From assembly GCA_019634795.1 (NCBI GenBank), contig JAHCAR010000015.1:12798-76797 (forward strand): a stretch of DNA of 64,000 nucleotides. The letters are read 5' to 3'. How positions within the stretch are numbered: position 1 is the first letter of the stretch; each line of letters starts with the position of its first letter. A program made the translations under genes and the position numbers. This document shows positions 1 to 13,150 of this stretch, one piece after another. Below the pieces are notes generated by a model that saw only the letters and a program-made list of their open reading frames with translations, was not told where the DNA came from and searched no databases. The stretch comes from Dokdonella sp. Lineage in GTDB: Bacteria; Pseudomonadota; Gammaproteobacteria; Xanthomonadales; Rhodanobacteraceae.

Positions 1-134
1 CGATTGGCTCGAGCCGGGCGATCCTTTTCGACTCAAGTTTGGCGGCATGTCGGCGGATTTGGTACCCTTCCGCGCCGCGCGCGCTCCGATCGTGTCGCCA
101 TGCTCTTTCTCATCCCACTTCCGATGGACAAGCC

Positions 135-935
135 ATGCCCAGACCCGCAGTAAACGTGGCGGTGCGCGCCGCGCGTGCCGCAGGCCAGATCATCCTGCGC
201 TACATGAACCGCATCGACAGCCTGGCCATCGTCGAGAAGCAGCGGATGGATTTCGCCTCGGAAGTGGATCGCGCGGCCGAAGCCGAGATCATACGCGAGC
301 TCCGGCGGGCCTTCCCCGGGCACGCCATCCTCGCCGAGGAGTCCGGTGCGCACGGCAAGGGCAAGCATGTCTGGGTCATCGATCCGCTCGACGGCACCCA
401 CAACTACCTGCGCGGCTTTCCGCACTTCTGCGTCTCCATCGGCATGCTCGAGAACGGCGAGCCGATGCACGCCGTCGTCTACGATCCATTGCGCGACGAA
501 TTGTTCACGGCCAGTCGCGGCGACGGCGCCTATCTGAACGATCGTCGCATCCGGGCCAGTCCGCGCAACGACCTTGGCGGAGCGCTGCTCGCCACCGGTT
601 TCCCGTTCCGCCAGCGCGCGCATCTCGATGCACAGCTCGACATGACCCGCGCCCTGCTCGGTGAAGCTGAGGACATCCGCCGCACCGGATCGGCCGCACT
701 GGACCTGGCCTACGTGGCCAACGGCCGCCTCGATGGCTATTACGAGATCGGCCTGAAGCCCTGGGACATGGCTGCCGGCTGCCTGCTCGTGCGCGAGGCC
801 GGCGGACGCTATTGCGATTTCGTCGGTCGTGACGGCATTCCGGAGAATGGCAACATCATCGCCGGCGGCCACAAGGTCGCCGACGCCATGGTCAAGGCCA
901 TCGCCGCACATGTGACGCCTGCCCTGGCCCGCTGA
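135..935 (+). CDS. suhB: Inositol monophosphatase family protein SuhB
   Basis: ILAEESG, WVIDPLDGTHNY, RRTGSAALDL and WDMAAG motifs; start moved to ATG 135 (MPRPAVNVAVRAARAAG). Confidence 0.93.
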   Translation: MPRPAVNVAVRAARAAGQIILRYMNRIDSLAIVEKQRMDFASEVDRAAEAEIIRELRRAFPGHAILAEESGAHGKGKHVWVIDPLDGTHNYLRGFPHFCVSIGMLENGEPMHAVVYDPLRDELFTASRGDGAYLNDRRIRASPRNDLGGALLATGFPFRQRAHLDAQLDMTRALLGEAEDIRRTGSAALDLAYVANGRLDGYYEIGLKPWDMAAGCLLVREAGGRYCDFVGRDGIPENGNIIAGGHKVADAMVKAIAAHVTPALAR

Positions 936-990
936 TTCGCAAGGACCTGCGCGGAACCGGGCTCATCCACAGCCTCGATCCGTCGGCAAA

Positions 991-1020
991 GAAAAAGCCC
1001 GGCTTGCGCCGGGCTTTTTC
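991..1020. terminator. Bidirectional rho-independent terminator
   Basis: GAAAAAGCCCGGC-TTGC-GCCGGGCTTTTTC perfect hairpin between convergent suhB and ompA. Confidence 0.9.
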
Positions 1021-1047
1021 ATGTAACGCTAGCTTGAGCGTCGGATC

Positions 1048-2124
1048 TTACTGCTGACCGTCCACGGCAAGCTCGGTGCGGCGGTTGCGCGCACGGCCTT
1101 CCTTGGTGTCGTTGGTATCGATCGGACGGCTCTCGCCGAAGCCCTTGACGGCCGTGATCTGGCTGGCGCTGACGCCATGCGAGGTCAGGTAGTCATAGAC
1201 GATCTGGGCGCGGCGCTCCGAGAGTCCCTGGTTGTAGGCGTCGGTACCGATCGAGTCGGTGTGGCCGTCGAGTTCAACGCGGACGTTCGGGTTGCGGGTC
1301 AGCACGTCGACTGCCTGGTCGAGGATCGCGATCGAATCCGCGGTCGGCTCCTGCAGCGACGGCGTGATGTCCTTCTCGTTCGAACGCGGGCGATCGAACT
1401 TGAAGTTGACGCCACGCAGGTCGATGACGACCGGCGTCGGAGCCGGCTCTTCCGGAGCGGCTTCCGGCGGCGGCGGCGGCGGCGGCGGGGTCACTGCCGG
1501 CTCCGGCTCGGCCGGCGCGCTGCCACCGAAGCCGATGGTCAGGCCGATCGAGGCGATGCCGTCAACGTAGTGGTTGTGGTCCCCGGCCTGGACGCCGAAG
1601 TCGTCGAACTGACCGCGCAGGCTGTTGTTGTCGTGGTCATAACGCGCAGCGAGCTCGGCACGCAGGGCCATGCGCTCATTGAAGTTGTACTGGACGCCGC
1701 CACCGACAGTGGCCATCGGATCCCAGCCGCTGTCCTGCACCGTGCCCGAGTACGCGGCGTGACGCAGCGCGCCGAGTCCGCCAAGGATGTACGGGCGCCA
1801 GGCAGAGCCTTGGTCGCCGAAGAACCAGCGACCGGTCACGCCGAGGCTGACCGACTCCCACTCGCGCCCCGCGCGGAAACCATTGTTCTCGAAGTCCGCA
1901 TCGTTGAGCGCCCACTCGGCGTCAATGGCGAAATTCGGCGACACCCACCAGCCGATGCCCAAGCCGGTGTAGAGCGAGGAATCGGTGCCGCGGTCACTGT
2001 CGGGGAACACCACGCCAATGCGCGGGGCGACATACCAGCTTCCATCCTGCGCATGGGCAGCGGAGATGCCGCCACCGACCATAGCGACGGCGATCAGTGC
2101 GCTCAATGCCTTGTGTTTCATCAT
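1048..2124 (-). CDS. OmpA/OprF-family outer membrane protein (N-terminal barrel, Pro-rich linker, C-terminal peptidoglycan-binding domain)
   Basis: Signal peptide ending AHA, poly-Pro linker, [22 protein letters not shown]; GAGGA RBS upstream of ATG 2124. Confidence 0.92.
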   Translation of the reverse strand: MMKHKALSALIAVAMVGGGISAAHAQDGSWYVAPRIGVVFPDSDRGTDSSLYTGLGIGWWVSPNFAIDAEWALNDADFENNGFRAGREWESVSLGVTGRWFFGDQGSAWRPYILGGLGALRHAAYSGTVQDSGWDPMATVGGGVQYNFNERMALRAELAARYDHDNNSLRGQFDDFGVQAGDHNHYVDGIASIGLTIGFGGSAPAEPEPAVTPPPPPPPPEAAPEEPAPTPVVIDLRGVNFKFDRPRSNEKDITPSLQEPTADSIAILDQAVDVLTRNPNVRVELDGHTDSIGTDAYNQGLSERRAQIVYDYLTSHGVSASQITAVKGFGESRPIDTNDTKEGRARNRRTELAVDGQQ

Positions 2125-2280
2125 TGGATAGTCCTCATTTTTGTTTGATCCAAAACCAACCGCCACAGTGCGCTTCGGATTTCGAACACCATGTTGGCCG
2201 CTATCTTACGTTGAATCCGCACGAAGACAACAGGATATTAACAATCCAATACAGTTCGTTGCGGGCTCCAAATACCGAAC

Positions 2281-2309
2281 ATATATCTTCAATATCAAAT
2301 ACTTGGCAA
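2281..2309 (-). promoter_or_regulatory. Possible sigma70-type promoter for the ompA-like gene
   Basis: AT-rich patch; minus strand reads TTGCCA-N17/18-(A)TATAT(G). Confidence 0.35.
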
Positions 2310-2346
2310 TTTTCCTGCATGAACCGCATGTTAAGACCCGGTCGAA

Positions 2347-3798
2347 CTACATGACGAACAGGCCGAGGAACTGATGGATCGGCATGGCTTCGAAGTCCTC
2401 CCTGTCGCGGGTGGCGGCCAGAATCTTGTCCGCATTCGCCTGTGGCAGCTGCGCGCGAATGGCTGATTCGAACTTTCTGAGCAGGACCGGAATGCCTTCG
2501 CCGCGACGCTTGCGATGGCCGATCGGATAATCGATCGAAACCTTGTCCGTGCTCGAGCCGTCCTTGAAGAATACCTGCAGCGAATTGCCGATGTAGCGCT
2601 TGTCGGGGTCGAAATAGTCACGCGTGAACTGCGGATTTTCCTTTACCGTCATCTTCGCGCGCAGGGCATCGATGCGCGGGTCGGCGGCGACGTCGTCATT
2701 GTAGTCGTCGGCGACCAGGCGACCGAAAATGAGCGGAACCGCGACCATGTACTGGATGCAGTGGTCTCGATCTGCGTAGTTGGCCAGCGGACCGGTCTTG
2801 TCGATGATGCGCACGCCGGCTTCCTGGGTTTCGATCTCGACGCGCTCGATGGCGTCGATCCGGCCGGCCACCGATTCGTGCAGGCGCATCGCGCACTCGA
2901 CCGCGGTCTGGGCATGGAATTCGGCCGGGAAACTGATCTTGAACAACACATTTTCCATGACATAGCTGCCGAACGGACGCTCGAACTCGAAGGCCTTGCC
3001 CTTGAAGGCGACGTCGTAGAAGCCCCAGGTTTTCGCGCTCAGCGCCGACGGGTAGCCGACGACGTTCTTCTCGACCGCGTTCAGCGCATGGATGACCGCG
3101 CGACGACAGGCATCACCGGCGGCCCAGCTCTTGCGCGGGCCGGTGTTCGGCGCATGCCGGTAGGTACGCAGCACGCCGTTGTCGATCCAGCTGTGCGAGA
3201 TGGCATTGACGATCTGCTCGCGGGTGCCGCCGAGCATCGCCGTGACGACGGCGGTCGAGGCGAGGCGGACAAGAATCACGTGGTCGAGACCGACCCGGTT
3301 GAAGCTGTTCTTCAGCGCATAGCAGCCCTGGATTTCGTGGGCCTTGATCGCCCAGGTCAGTACGTCGCGCACGGTCAGCGGTTTGCCGCCCTCGCGCTCG
3401 GCCTTCCTCGACAGGTAATCGGCCACGGCGAGGATGGCACCGAGATTGTCCGAGGGATGTCCCCATTCGGCGGCCAGCCAGGTGTCGTTGAAGTCGAGCC
3501 AGCGGATCTGCGTGCCGATGGCGAACGCAGCCTGCACCGGATCGAGCTCGTGGCCGGTGCCCGGCACGCGTGCGCCGCCCGGCAGCACCGCGCCCGGCAC
3601 GATCGGACCGAGATGCTTGACGCAATCGGGAAACTTCATGGCCAGCATCGAGGTCGCCAGCGAATCGAGCAGCATGTTGCCCGCAGTCTCGTAGGCCTCG
3701 CTCGAGTCGATCACGTAGTCGGCCACGTAGTTGGCGATATCGACCATCGGCTGGTCGGGATCCGGCCTCGCGGCCGAGCGGATGTCATGTCCGGACAT
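2347..3798 (-). CDS. prpD: 2-methylcitrate dehydratase
   Basis: RWLDFNDTWLAAEWGHPSDN, YRHAPNTGPRKSWAAGDA, FPAEFHAQTA, ADRDHCIQY. Confidence 0.95.
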   Translation of the reverse strand: MSGHDIRSAARPDPDQPMVDIANYVADYVIDSSEAYETAGNMLLDSLATSMLAMKFPDCVKHLGPIVPGAVLPGGARVPGTGHELDPVQAAFAIGTQIRWLDFNDTWLAAEWGHPSDNLGAILAVADYLSRKAEREGGKPLTVRDVLTWAIKAHEIQGCYALKNSFNRVGLDHVILVRLASTAVVTAMLGGTREQIVNAISHSWIDNGVLRTYRHAPNTGPRKSWAAGDACRRAVIHALNAVEKNVVGYPSALSAKTWGFYDVAFKGKAFEFERPFGSYVMENVLFKISFPAEFHAQTAVECAMRLHESVAGRIDAIERVEIETQEAGVRIIDKTGPLANYADRDHCIQYMVAVPLIFGRLVADDYNDDVAADPRIDALRAKMTVKENPQFTRDYFDPDKRYIGNSLQVFFKDGSSTDKVSIDYPIGHRKRRGEGIPVLLRKFESAIRAQLPQANADKILAATRDREDFEAMPIHQFLGLFVM

Positions 3799-3978
3799 GG
3801 GGTTTTTCCGTTGGGAGTGGGAAGGGCTTGCAAGCCGTCGATCAGCGACCTGCGCAGCCGCCTATTCTGCCAGATGCCCGGGCGGATCGCCGAACCGAAC
3901 CGCGCCGCTGCGCTCTGCTTCCCTTGCACTTCGCGGTCGTGCAGGCAGAATGCCTTGCCCTTGCGAACGCCCTGAGCC

Positions 3979-5271
3979 GTGTCCGACCCCACCTTGCTGG
4001 ACAGCGTCCTCGAACTGAGCCGATTCGACGACGACTCGGCTGCGGCGCTGCGCGTGCTGCACCGCCATTTCTCCCTGAAGTTCGGCCCCTGCTCGCTGGC
4101 CCTGGTGCTGGTTCGCGACCTGCCGGCCGGTCAATGCCGGCTGGCCGGCTCGATCGCGGTGGACGGATGCGAGCACGTGCCGAACACCGATCCGTTCGGC
4201 CTCAATTCGGAGCTGCCGTTGTTCGACGACGCCCTGGCCAATCGGCTGCTCGGTGGCCGCGAGCCGCGGCGGATCATGCCCACGGCGACGGAGGCGGCGC
4301 TGCCGTTTTCGCTCGCCCTGTTCTCGCCGCGCAGCCTGCTCGGCGTACCGGTCGTCAACAGCGGTGAAATCGCCCACTGGCTGGTATTCGGCAGCACCGA
4401 CGCGGCCCCATTCGACGATGTCGCCCTCGATGCATTGCTGATCGAGGTCAACCTGGCTGCCAGCCTGATCGTGCGCCCGCTGGCGAACCGTGCCCTGCGC
4501 GACGAGAGCGCCCGCCAGCGCCAGGCCATCGAAGGTCTGGCCGACGTGCAGCGCCAGTTGCTGCCGGACAATCCGGCCATACTCGGCCTCGACTACGCGG
4601 TACACTGGCAGCCGGCCGAAACGGCAGCCGGCGACTACTACGACCTGGTCGGCCTGACCCGCCACGCGCCACCGGAGTTCAGGCGCGATCTGTACGACAT
4701 CTGGGTAGTGACCCTCGCCGACGTCTCCGGCCACGGCGCCGCGGCGGCCATGGAGGCGGTCCAGTTCGATGCGATCCTGCGCACCTACCAGGGCAGCGAG
4801 GAAGCGGGACCGGCCGGCGCCCTGACCTACGCCAATCGCTATTTCTTCTCGCGCCGCACGCGCCATCATTTCCTGACCGCACTCGCCCTGCTCTATCGGC
4901 CGGACCTGCGTCGTGCAACCTACGTCTCGGCTGGGCATCCGCCCCTGCTGCACCGCCAGGGATCGCGTGTCGTCGAGCGCGGCGCGGACACCCAGATCCC
5001 GCTCGGTGTGCTGCGTGACCACGAATGGATGAACCATCACTTCGAGGCCGATATCGGCGACCTGTTCGTCCTCTACACCGACGGCATCATCGAAGCCCGC
5101 AACCGCAGCGGGGAACCGTTCGGAGCGACGCGGCTGCAAGCGCTGGTGGCTTCGGGACCGGATGATCCGGCGAGCCTGCTCGCGACCCTGCGCGCGGCCC
5201 TGTTCGAGCATCAGGGCGGCCCGATCGGCAGCGACGACCAGACCCTGATCGTGCTGCGGATCGGCGCCTGA
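3979..5271 (+). CDS. PP2C/SpoIIE-family Ser/Thr phosphatase with GAF-like N-terminus
   Basis: AGDYYD, ADVSGHG, SAGHPP, LYTDGIIEA, SDDQTL motifs. Confidence 0.88.
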   Translation: MSDPTLLDSVLELSRFDDDSAAALRVLHRHFSLKFGPCSLALVLVRDLPAGQCRLAGSIAVDGCEHVPNTDPFGLNSELPLFDDALANRLLGGREPRRIMPTATEAALPFSLALFSPRSLLGVPVVNSGEIAHWLVFGSTDAAPFDDVALDALLIEVNLAASLIVRPLANRALRDESARQRQAIEGLADVQRQLLPDNPAILGLDYAVHWQPAETAAGDYYDLVGLTRHAPPEFRRDLYDIWVVTLADVSGHGAAAAMEAVQFDAILRTYQGSEEAGPAGALTYANRYFFSRRTRHHFLTALALLYRPDLRRATYVSAGHPPLLHRQGSRVVERGADTQIPLGVLRDHEWMNHHFEADIGDLFVLYTDGIIEARNRSGEPFGATRLQALVASGPDDPASLLATLRAALFEHQGGPIGSDDQTLIVLRIGA

Positions 5272-5356
5272 CCCTTGGCTCCCGGCCAGGAACCTGCGCC
5301 GGCCGACTCGGGCTTGCCGGCGGACCCACTTGCAGGCATCTTGAACGCTCGTTTGA

Positions 5357-7390
<2,034 letters not shown>

Positions 7391-7520
7391 CATGCGGGAA
7401 ACACGCGATTGTGCTCCAATGCGGAATGTCGACCACGTCACAGTTTGACCGTCGACGCTGTCTCCATTTGGCGTCACTCTGCGTACTAGAGTGATGCATC
7501 CACGACCCGGGGATCGTCAT

Positions 7521-10445
7521 ATGAATGCGTTTGCATACAAGGGGTTTCTGCTCGCCGGCGGCATCGCCGCCTGCCTTTTCGCCAGTCCCGGCGAGCCCGC
7601 CATGGCCGCGGTCGGCACTTGGACCACCGCCGGCCCTTACGGCGGGTCAAACAGCACGCTCTCGGTCTACGAGCCTTCGCCGAGCACGCTGTTCGCTTCC
7701 GGTCGCGGAGGCCTGTTTCGCAGCCTGAGCTCGGGTACGACCTGGCAGCGCATCGAGGTCGGCCTGCCCGATGCCCTGTACGTGCAATCCCTCAGCGTCG
7801 GCACCAGCGCGCCGGTTCTCTATCTTTCGAGCTTCCACCAGTTGTTCCGCTCCGGAAACGGCGGCGATCTCTGGGTGCCCCTCGGCACGCCGTTGCCGCC
7901 GGGCAACTACATCTACGACGTGTCGCTGCGCCGCGCCACGACCAACAGCATTGCCATCGCGACATCCTTGGGCGCCTATGTGTCGACCAATGGCGGCAGC
8001 ACCTGGACCGGACCCGGCGCCGGCGGCACCGCGGCGCAGTTCAGCAAGATCGTATTCGCAGCCGACGGCTCGCTCTACATGGGGCTGCAGTACACGGATC
8101 CGGCTTTTTTCGGTGGTGCTGCGGTGCTCAAGAGTTCTGACGGAGGCACGACCTGGGCACCGCTGGCCGCCCAGCCCGCCGATGTGTACGGAGTCAGCGT
8201 GCTGGTGACTTCGCCGGCGGATCCACTGCGCCTGTATGTCGGCGACGGCTACAACGCTGCCACCAGCGGCAATGGCGGAACGACCTGGAGCGCCGTATCC
8301 CTGCCCGCGTCGGGCGCAGGCTGCGGACAATTCCGCGCGATCATGCCGGACCCGCTGAACCCGCTGTCGGTATTCGTCGCCTGCAGCAACAATGGCGTGC
8401 ATTTCGCCGCGGACGTCACCGCCCCGGTCTGGACGTCGTGGACGGCCGGCAATGGGCTCAGCGTGAACGGAGTCGATCCCGTGCAGGCTGGCGCGCTGGC
8501 CATCCATCCGGCCTTCCCGGCTACGCCGACGCTCTGGGCCGGCACGGTCGATGGCGGCCTGTTCCGCTCGACCAATGGCGGCACCGCCTGGAGCACGATC
8601 AACAACGGCTACGAGTCGGTCAACATCCGCGCCCTGGCGACCCATCCGCTCGATACCAACCCCGCCGGCGCGGTCATCCTGGCCGGTGTCGGCGACTCCT
8701 TCACGACCTCGAACGCGATCTACAAGTCTTCCGACGGCGGCAGTTCGTGGGCGCCTTCCCTGAGCGGCTTGAACGCCGAGCAGATCCGCACCATCGCCAT
8801 CGATCCGACCACGGTCGACAACGACCTGCTGACCGCCGAGAACTTCACGGTCTACGCGGCCGGACGCTCGGAACGCATACCGACCCTGGCCAGCAAGGAT
8901 GGCGGCATTTACAAGAGCACCAACGCCGGCAACAGCTGGTCGACCATCGACAATGGCATCGCCGTGGTCAGCGGCGTGCGCGACATGGGCACGGTCCGCA
9001 CGATCGCCCCGGACCCGAGGTCCTGCGCTGTTCCACCGCCGAGCGGACCCTGTCCGATCGGCAGTGGTCCGTTGCAGACCCTGTATGCCGCCGGCGGCGG
9101 GCGGCCCGACCTCAGCGCGGCCGGGCTGCCCTATCGCTCGGCCCGGATCTACAAGAGCACCAACGCCGGCGGACTCTGGGCGCCTTCCGAAAATGGACTG
9201 CCGCTGCCCCAGGACCTCGGCCCCTCGGGCGCCTTCAACTACGCCTACATGGGCGGCATCGTCCCGCTCGTGTTCGATCCGTCGAACACGCAGACTCTCT
9301 ACGCCGGCAGCTTCCTCGCCTACAGCCCCGATGTGGCCGGAGCCAGCGAACCGACCATCGCCAACGGCGTGTTCAAGTCGACCGACGGCGGTGCGACCTG
9401 GGTCCATTCGAGCAACGGACTGCCGCATATCTTGTCGCCGAGCAGTTCCCAGTACGACGTACTGGCCCTGGCCATCAACCCGGCCAATCCGCTGGTCCTC
9501 TACGCCGGGGTCATCAATTTCTATTCCGCGACGACCATTGGTCGGGTCTACAAGACCGTCGACGGCGGCGCCAACTGGTCCGAAGCCAGCACGGGCATCG
9601 CCGGCCAGGATGTACGCGCCCTATATATCGACCCGATGGACCCGACCGGCGATACCGTATACGCCGGCACCGGTGGTGATGGCGCCAACCCCGGCGGCGT
9701 ATTCGTGACGACCAACGGCGGCGCCAACTGGAACTCGATCAGCATCGGCCTGCCCGCGGACAGCGCGACGTCGCTGGCCCTTCCGGCACGCAGTCCGGGC
9801 GCTCCGGCGCGCATCCTGGTCGGCACCAATGCAGGCATCTGGGACTACACTGCGGCCGCCGATCCGGATTCCGACGGATCACCGTCGACCGTTGAAAACG
9901 GCGTGCTCGGGGGCGACGGCAATGCTGACGGCACGCAGGATGCGAGCCAGGCCTCGGTGGCCTCGATCTCCGCCCCGGGCAGCTCGGCCGAGCCGGGCGT
10001 CAGTGCGCCGAGCGGTTCGATCGTGCAGACCACGATCGCGATCGTTCCCGAGTCCGGTGGCTGCACCCAGCTCAACGACAGCGCAAGCCTGCAGGCCAGC
10101 CTGTACCCGCCGGACCCGGTCGGTTCGGCCGGCAGTCACGCGCCCTGGGGTCTGGTCAGCTTCTCGCTGCCCAACTGCAGCTTCGCCAAGGTCCGCGTGA
10201 CCTTCCACGGCGCGAACTTCGATGCGAACTGGAAATGGCGGAACTATGGACCGCGCATACCGGGCAATGCCGCCACCTTCGGCTGGTATTCGTTCGCCGG
10301 CGCGCAGCGCATCGACGCCGAAACCTGGGAGCTTTCGGTGGACGCCCTGCGCCAGGGCAACTACCGCAACGACCCGAACGACATCCTGTTCGTCGGTGGA
10401 CCAGGCAATCTGCCCGACCTCATCTTCGGCAACGGATTCGAATGA
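7521..10445 (+). CDS. Large secreted BNR/Asp-box beta-propeller protein with choice-of-anchor-U-like C-terminal domain and terminal DLIFGNGFE motif
   Basis: Signal peptide (AMA-A); many S/TxD/NGGxT/NW Asp-box repeats; DGNADGTQDASQASVAS...PWGLVSF...WRNYGP tail. Confidence 0.8.
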   Translation: MNAFAYKGFLLAGGIAACLFASPGEPAMAAVGTWTTAGPYGGSNSTLSVYEPSPSTLFASGRGGLFRSLSSGTTWQRIEVGLPDALYVQSLSVGTSAPVLYLSSFHQLFRSGNGGDLWVPLGTPLPPGNYIYDVSLRRATTNSIAIATSLGAYVSTNGGSTWTGPGAGGTAAQFSKIVFAADGSLYMGLQYTDPAFFGGAAVLKSSDGGTTWAPLAAQPADVYGVSVLVTSPADPLRLYVGDGYNAATSGNGGTTWSAVSLPASGAGCGQFRAIMPDPLNPLSVFVACSNNGVHFAADVTAPVWTSWTAGNGLSVNGVDPVQAGALAIHPAFPATPTLWAGTVDGGLFRSTNGGTAWSTINNGYESVNIRALATHPLDTNPAGAVILAGVGDSFTTSNAIYKSSDGGSSWAPSLSGLNAEQIRTIAIDPTTVDNDLLTAENFTVYAAGRSERIPTLASKDGGIYKSTNAGNSWSTIDNGIAVVSGVRDMGTVRTIAPDPRSCAVPPPSGPCPIGSGPLQTLYAAGGGRPDLSAAGLPYRSARIYKSTNAGGLWAPSENGLPLPQDLGPSGAFNYAYMGGIVPLVFDPSNTQTLYAGSFLAYSPDVAGASEPTIANGVFKSTDGGATWVHSSNGLPHILSPSSSQYDVLALAINPANPLVLYAGVINFYSATTIGRVYKTVDGGANWSEASTGIAGQDVRALYIDPMDPTGDTVYAGTGGDGANPGGVFVTTNGGANWNSISIGLPADSATSLALPARSPGAPARILVGTNAGIWDYTAAADPDSDGSPSTVENGVLGGDGNADGTQDASQASVASISAPGSSAEPGVSAPSGSIVQTTIAIVPESGGCTQLNDSASLQASLYPPDPVGSAGSHAPWGLVSFSLPNCSFAKVRVTFHGANFDANWKWRNYGPRIPGNAATFGWYSFAGAQRIDAETWELSVDALRQGNYRNDPNDILFVGGPGNLPDLIFGNGFE

Positions 10446-10747
10446 CCGTGACTACCTGCCCGCGCGGCCGACCGTCGCGCCCCGGCAGGATGCCGTCGCG
10501 GTAGGCGGAATCCGGGCCTTGCCGGGGGCGCGATTGCGTACTCCGGGCAAGGCGGGCAAGCCGCCGCCCGCTCGCGGCCGCGCTGTTCGGCCGACATTCG
10601 ACCACCACCGGCACGTGTGGGGATCACGGACCCCCTTGGCGCACGGCTAAAGTAGAATTGTCCGCCGTCCACCTGCGAAGACCCGGCAACAGGATCCGCC
10701 GGATCCAGTCGCCACGGGCACGCCCCATCGATTCCTCCGCTCCATCC

Positions 10748-13129
10748 ATGACTTCGATCCACTACCGCTTCGCCGCCTTTCGCCTGGATCCGGAAAGCCG
10801 CGAACTCTGGCGCGGTAACCAGCTCGTCCAGCTGCCGCGCCGCTCATTCGACTGCTTGCTGCACCTGCTCGAGCACCGTGACCGCGCCTGCAACCGCGAT
10901 GAACTGGTCGGCGTGGGCTGGGGACACACCGGCGTCTCCGATGCCCAGCTCGGTCAGGTGGTGCTGCGCCTGCGTCGCGCGCTCGACGATGACGGGCAGG
11001 TCCAGCAGGTCATCCGTACCGTGCCCGGGTTCGGCTACCGCTGGGTCGCGCCGACCGAAGCAATCGGGGTTTCGGCCGACACCCTGGCTGCGGATCCCGA
11101 CGCAACCGCGATTGCGGCGATCGATGCCGCGCCGATGGTGCCCGGCACCAACGCACCCCCGGAGTCAGCCGCCAAACCCGAGCCGCTGAGCGAGGCTGGC
11201 GGACGCCCGACCTGGCCGCTCCTCTGGCTGGCCGCGCTGGCCCTCGCCGTGGCAGGCGTTGCCTTGCTCACTCATCGCAGCGGCGACGCCGGCACTGCCG
11301 GTCGCGGCCCGCCGAGCGATGCGGTCGGGCCGAGTGCAGTCGTGCTTCCGCTCGAAGTCAACGGATCGGCGGATGCCAGCTGGCTGCGCCTTGGCGCCAT
11401 GGACCTGATCATCCATCGCCTGCGCGAAGCGGGACTCGGCGCGCTGCAAAGCGAAACGGTCATTGGCCTGCTGGCGAATGGCGGCGGGCGTTCCGCTCTG
11501 GCGGACTATCTGGTCGTGCGCGGCACGGCGGTCCAGAGCGGACCCCGCTGGCGGGTGACGCTGGATGCGCAGGCACCGGATGGCTTCGCGCACCACGCCA
11601 GCGCGGAAAACGACGACCCCATCCAGGCCACGCGCTCCGCAGCCGACTTGCTGACCGCGGCGCTCGGTCGCCTGCCCGGCGACAAACGCGATTCCTCCGA
11701 GGCCAGCCTGCAGACGCGGCTGCAACGCTCGCAGGCGGCCCTGCTGGCCAACGAGCTCGATGCTGCCCGCGCCATCCTGCTCGATGGCTCGCCGGCGGAC
11801 GACGCCGCGCCAGCCCCCGTGCGCTATCGCCTGGGCCAGATCGACTTGCGCGCGGGTCGCTTCGCCAGCGCCGAGGCGGCATTCGACCGGCTGTTGCAGG
11901 AACCGGCGATGCACGACGATGCGCAATTGCATGCCCAGGTCCTGTGCGCACGCGGCGCGCTGTATGGGCACCTCGATCGCTTCGCCGAAGCCGAGCGCGA
12001 CTTCGACGACGCGGCAGGAATTGCCCGGGCCGGTGCATTCACCGAAGAGCTCGGTCGCGCCCTGAACGGGCGTGGCGCGGCGCGCAGTGCCCTGCAGAAA
12101 TTCGACGAATCGCTCGCCGATCTCGGCCAGGCGCGAATCGAATTGGGCAAGATCGGCGATGAACTCGGCATCGCCAGAGTCGACAACAACATCGGTGCGC
12201 TCGAAAGCGAGCGGGCACGCCCGGCGCAGGCGCTGCCGTTCTTCATCGAATCTTCGGCCCGCTTTGCCAGGCTCGGCGCGATCAACGAGCAGGTGACCGC
12301 ACTGATCGGCCTCGGCAACGTGCAGGCATCGTTGCTGCAATGGCGCGAAGCCCTCCAGACGGCAACACGTGGCTGGGCGCTCGGCGACAAGGTCCGCGAC
12401 CCTACCCAGCGCATCCATCTGGCAGTCGGCCTGGCGGAGGCCTACCTGGCGCTTGGCCGGCAAAAGAGCGCCGGCGACGCCCTGCGCGCAGTCGACCCGT
12501 TGACCCAGGCAACCGATGGCGCATCGCTCGGCCGCCTGCGGGCGACGGAAGCCGAAATCGCCTGGCAGGAACATCGTGATGCCGACGCGGTCGTCGCCGG
12601 CCGCCAGGCCCTGGCCGCCTGGCCCGCCGATCCCCACGACGCCTGGCGCGCGCGCGCCGCGCTGACCTACCTGCGCGCGCTGATCGGCAGCGGTCAAGCC
12701 GCCCCCGATAACCCGCCGCACGAGCTCGGCCTGAAGGCGGGCGATACAGCCTTCGACGACAGCCTGCCTGCGCATGTGCTGGCATTGGCGGAATGGGCGG
12801 AATTCATTCACAGGCCGGGGGAGGCAGGGCAGTTGTTCGGCCGTGCGGTCTCGCTGGCGGAAACACGTGGTGTTCCGGCGGAAATCGTCGATACAGTCGA
12901 TGCCTGGGCCAGACGCCTGCTCGCCAGTGGCCGGATCGACGAATCCACGCCACTGGTCGGGCGCGTCGCGGCATGGGCCAGCACCGACTATCCGAGTGCC
13001 ATGCTGCAGGTACGGCTTTTCCATGCCACCGGCCAGACCCGCGCCTGGCAGCAGGCGGTAGAACAGGCCACCTTGCTCGCCGGGGAGCGGCGCATGCCCG
13101 GGGCCCTGGCGGAACCGCCGCCCGCCTGA
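10748..13129 (+). CDS. Membrane-anchored CadC/ToxR-like regulator: N-terminal OmpR/PhoB wHTH, one TM helix, periplasmic TPR region
   Basis: YRFAAFRLDPESREL...IRTVPGFGYRW; hydrophobic LLWLAALALAVAGVALL; helical TPR-like repeats. Confidence 0.85.
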   Translation: MTSIHYRFAAFRLDPESRELWRGNQLVQLPRRSFDCLLHLLEHRDRACNRDELVGVGWGHTGVSDAQLGQVVLRLRRALDDDGQVQQVIRTVPGFGYRWVAPTEAIGVSADTLAADPDATAIAAIDAAPMVPGTNAPPESAAKPEPLSEAGGRPTWPLLWLAALALAVAGVALLTHRSGDAGTAGRGPPSDAVGPSAVVLPLEVNGSADASWLRLGAMDLIIHRLREAGLGALQSETVIGLLANGGGRSALADYLVVRGTAVQSGPRWRVTLDAQAPDGFAHHASAENDDPIQATRSAADLLTAALGRLPGDKRDSSEASLQTRLQRSQAALLANELDAARAILLDGSPADDAAPAPVRYRLGQIDLRAGRFASAEAAFDRLLQEPAMHDDAQLHAQVLCARGALYGHLDRFAEAERDFDDAAGIARAGAFTEELGRALNGRGAARSALQKFDESLADLGQARIELGKIGDELGIARVDNNIGALESERARPAQALPFFIESSARFARLGAINEQVTALIGLGNVQASLLQWREALQTATRGWALGDKVRDPTQRIHLAVGLAEAYLALGRQKSAGDALRAVDPLTQATDGASLGRLRATEAEIAWQEHRDADAVVAGRQALAAWPADPHDAWRARAALTYLRALIGSGQAAPDNPPHELGLKAGDTAFDDSLPAHVLALAEWAEFIHRPGEAGQLFGRAVSLAETRGVPAEIVDTVDAWARRLLASGRIDESTPLVGRVAAWASTDYPSAMLQVRLFHATGQTRAWQQAVEQATLLAGERRMPGALAEPPPA

Positions 13130-13150
13130 ACAATCCCTTGCCATCACGCA

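Noticed and set aside
1-134. Start of a divergent gene upstream of suhB
   Set aside because: Too little sequence in the window to support a call.
1463-1489. CGG trinucleotide run as a phase-variation tract
   Set aside because: It encodes the in-frame poly-proline linker normal for OmpA-family proteins.
7459-7485. TGTCTCC-N16-CGTA as a third member of the ECF regulon
   Set aside because: The -35 element differs at two core positions and the TAT extension is absent; too weak without a genome-wide model.
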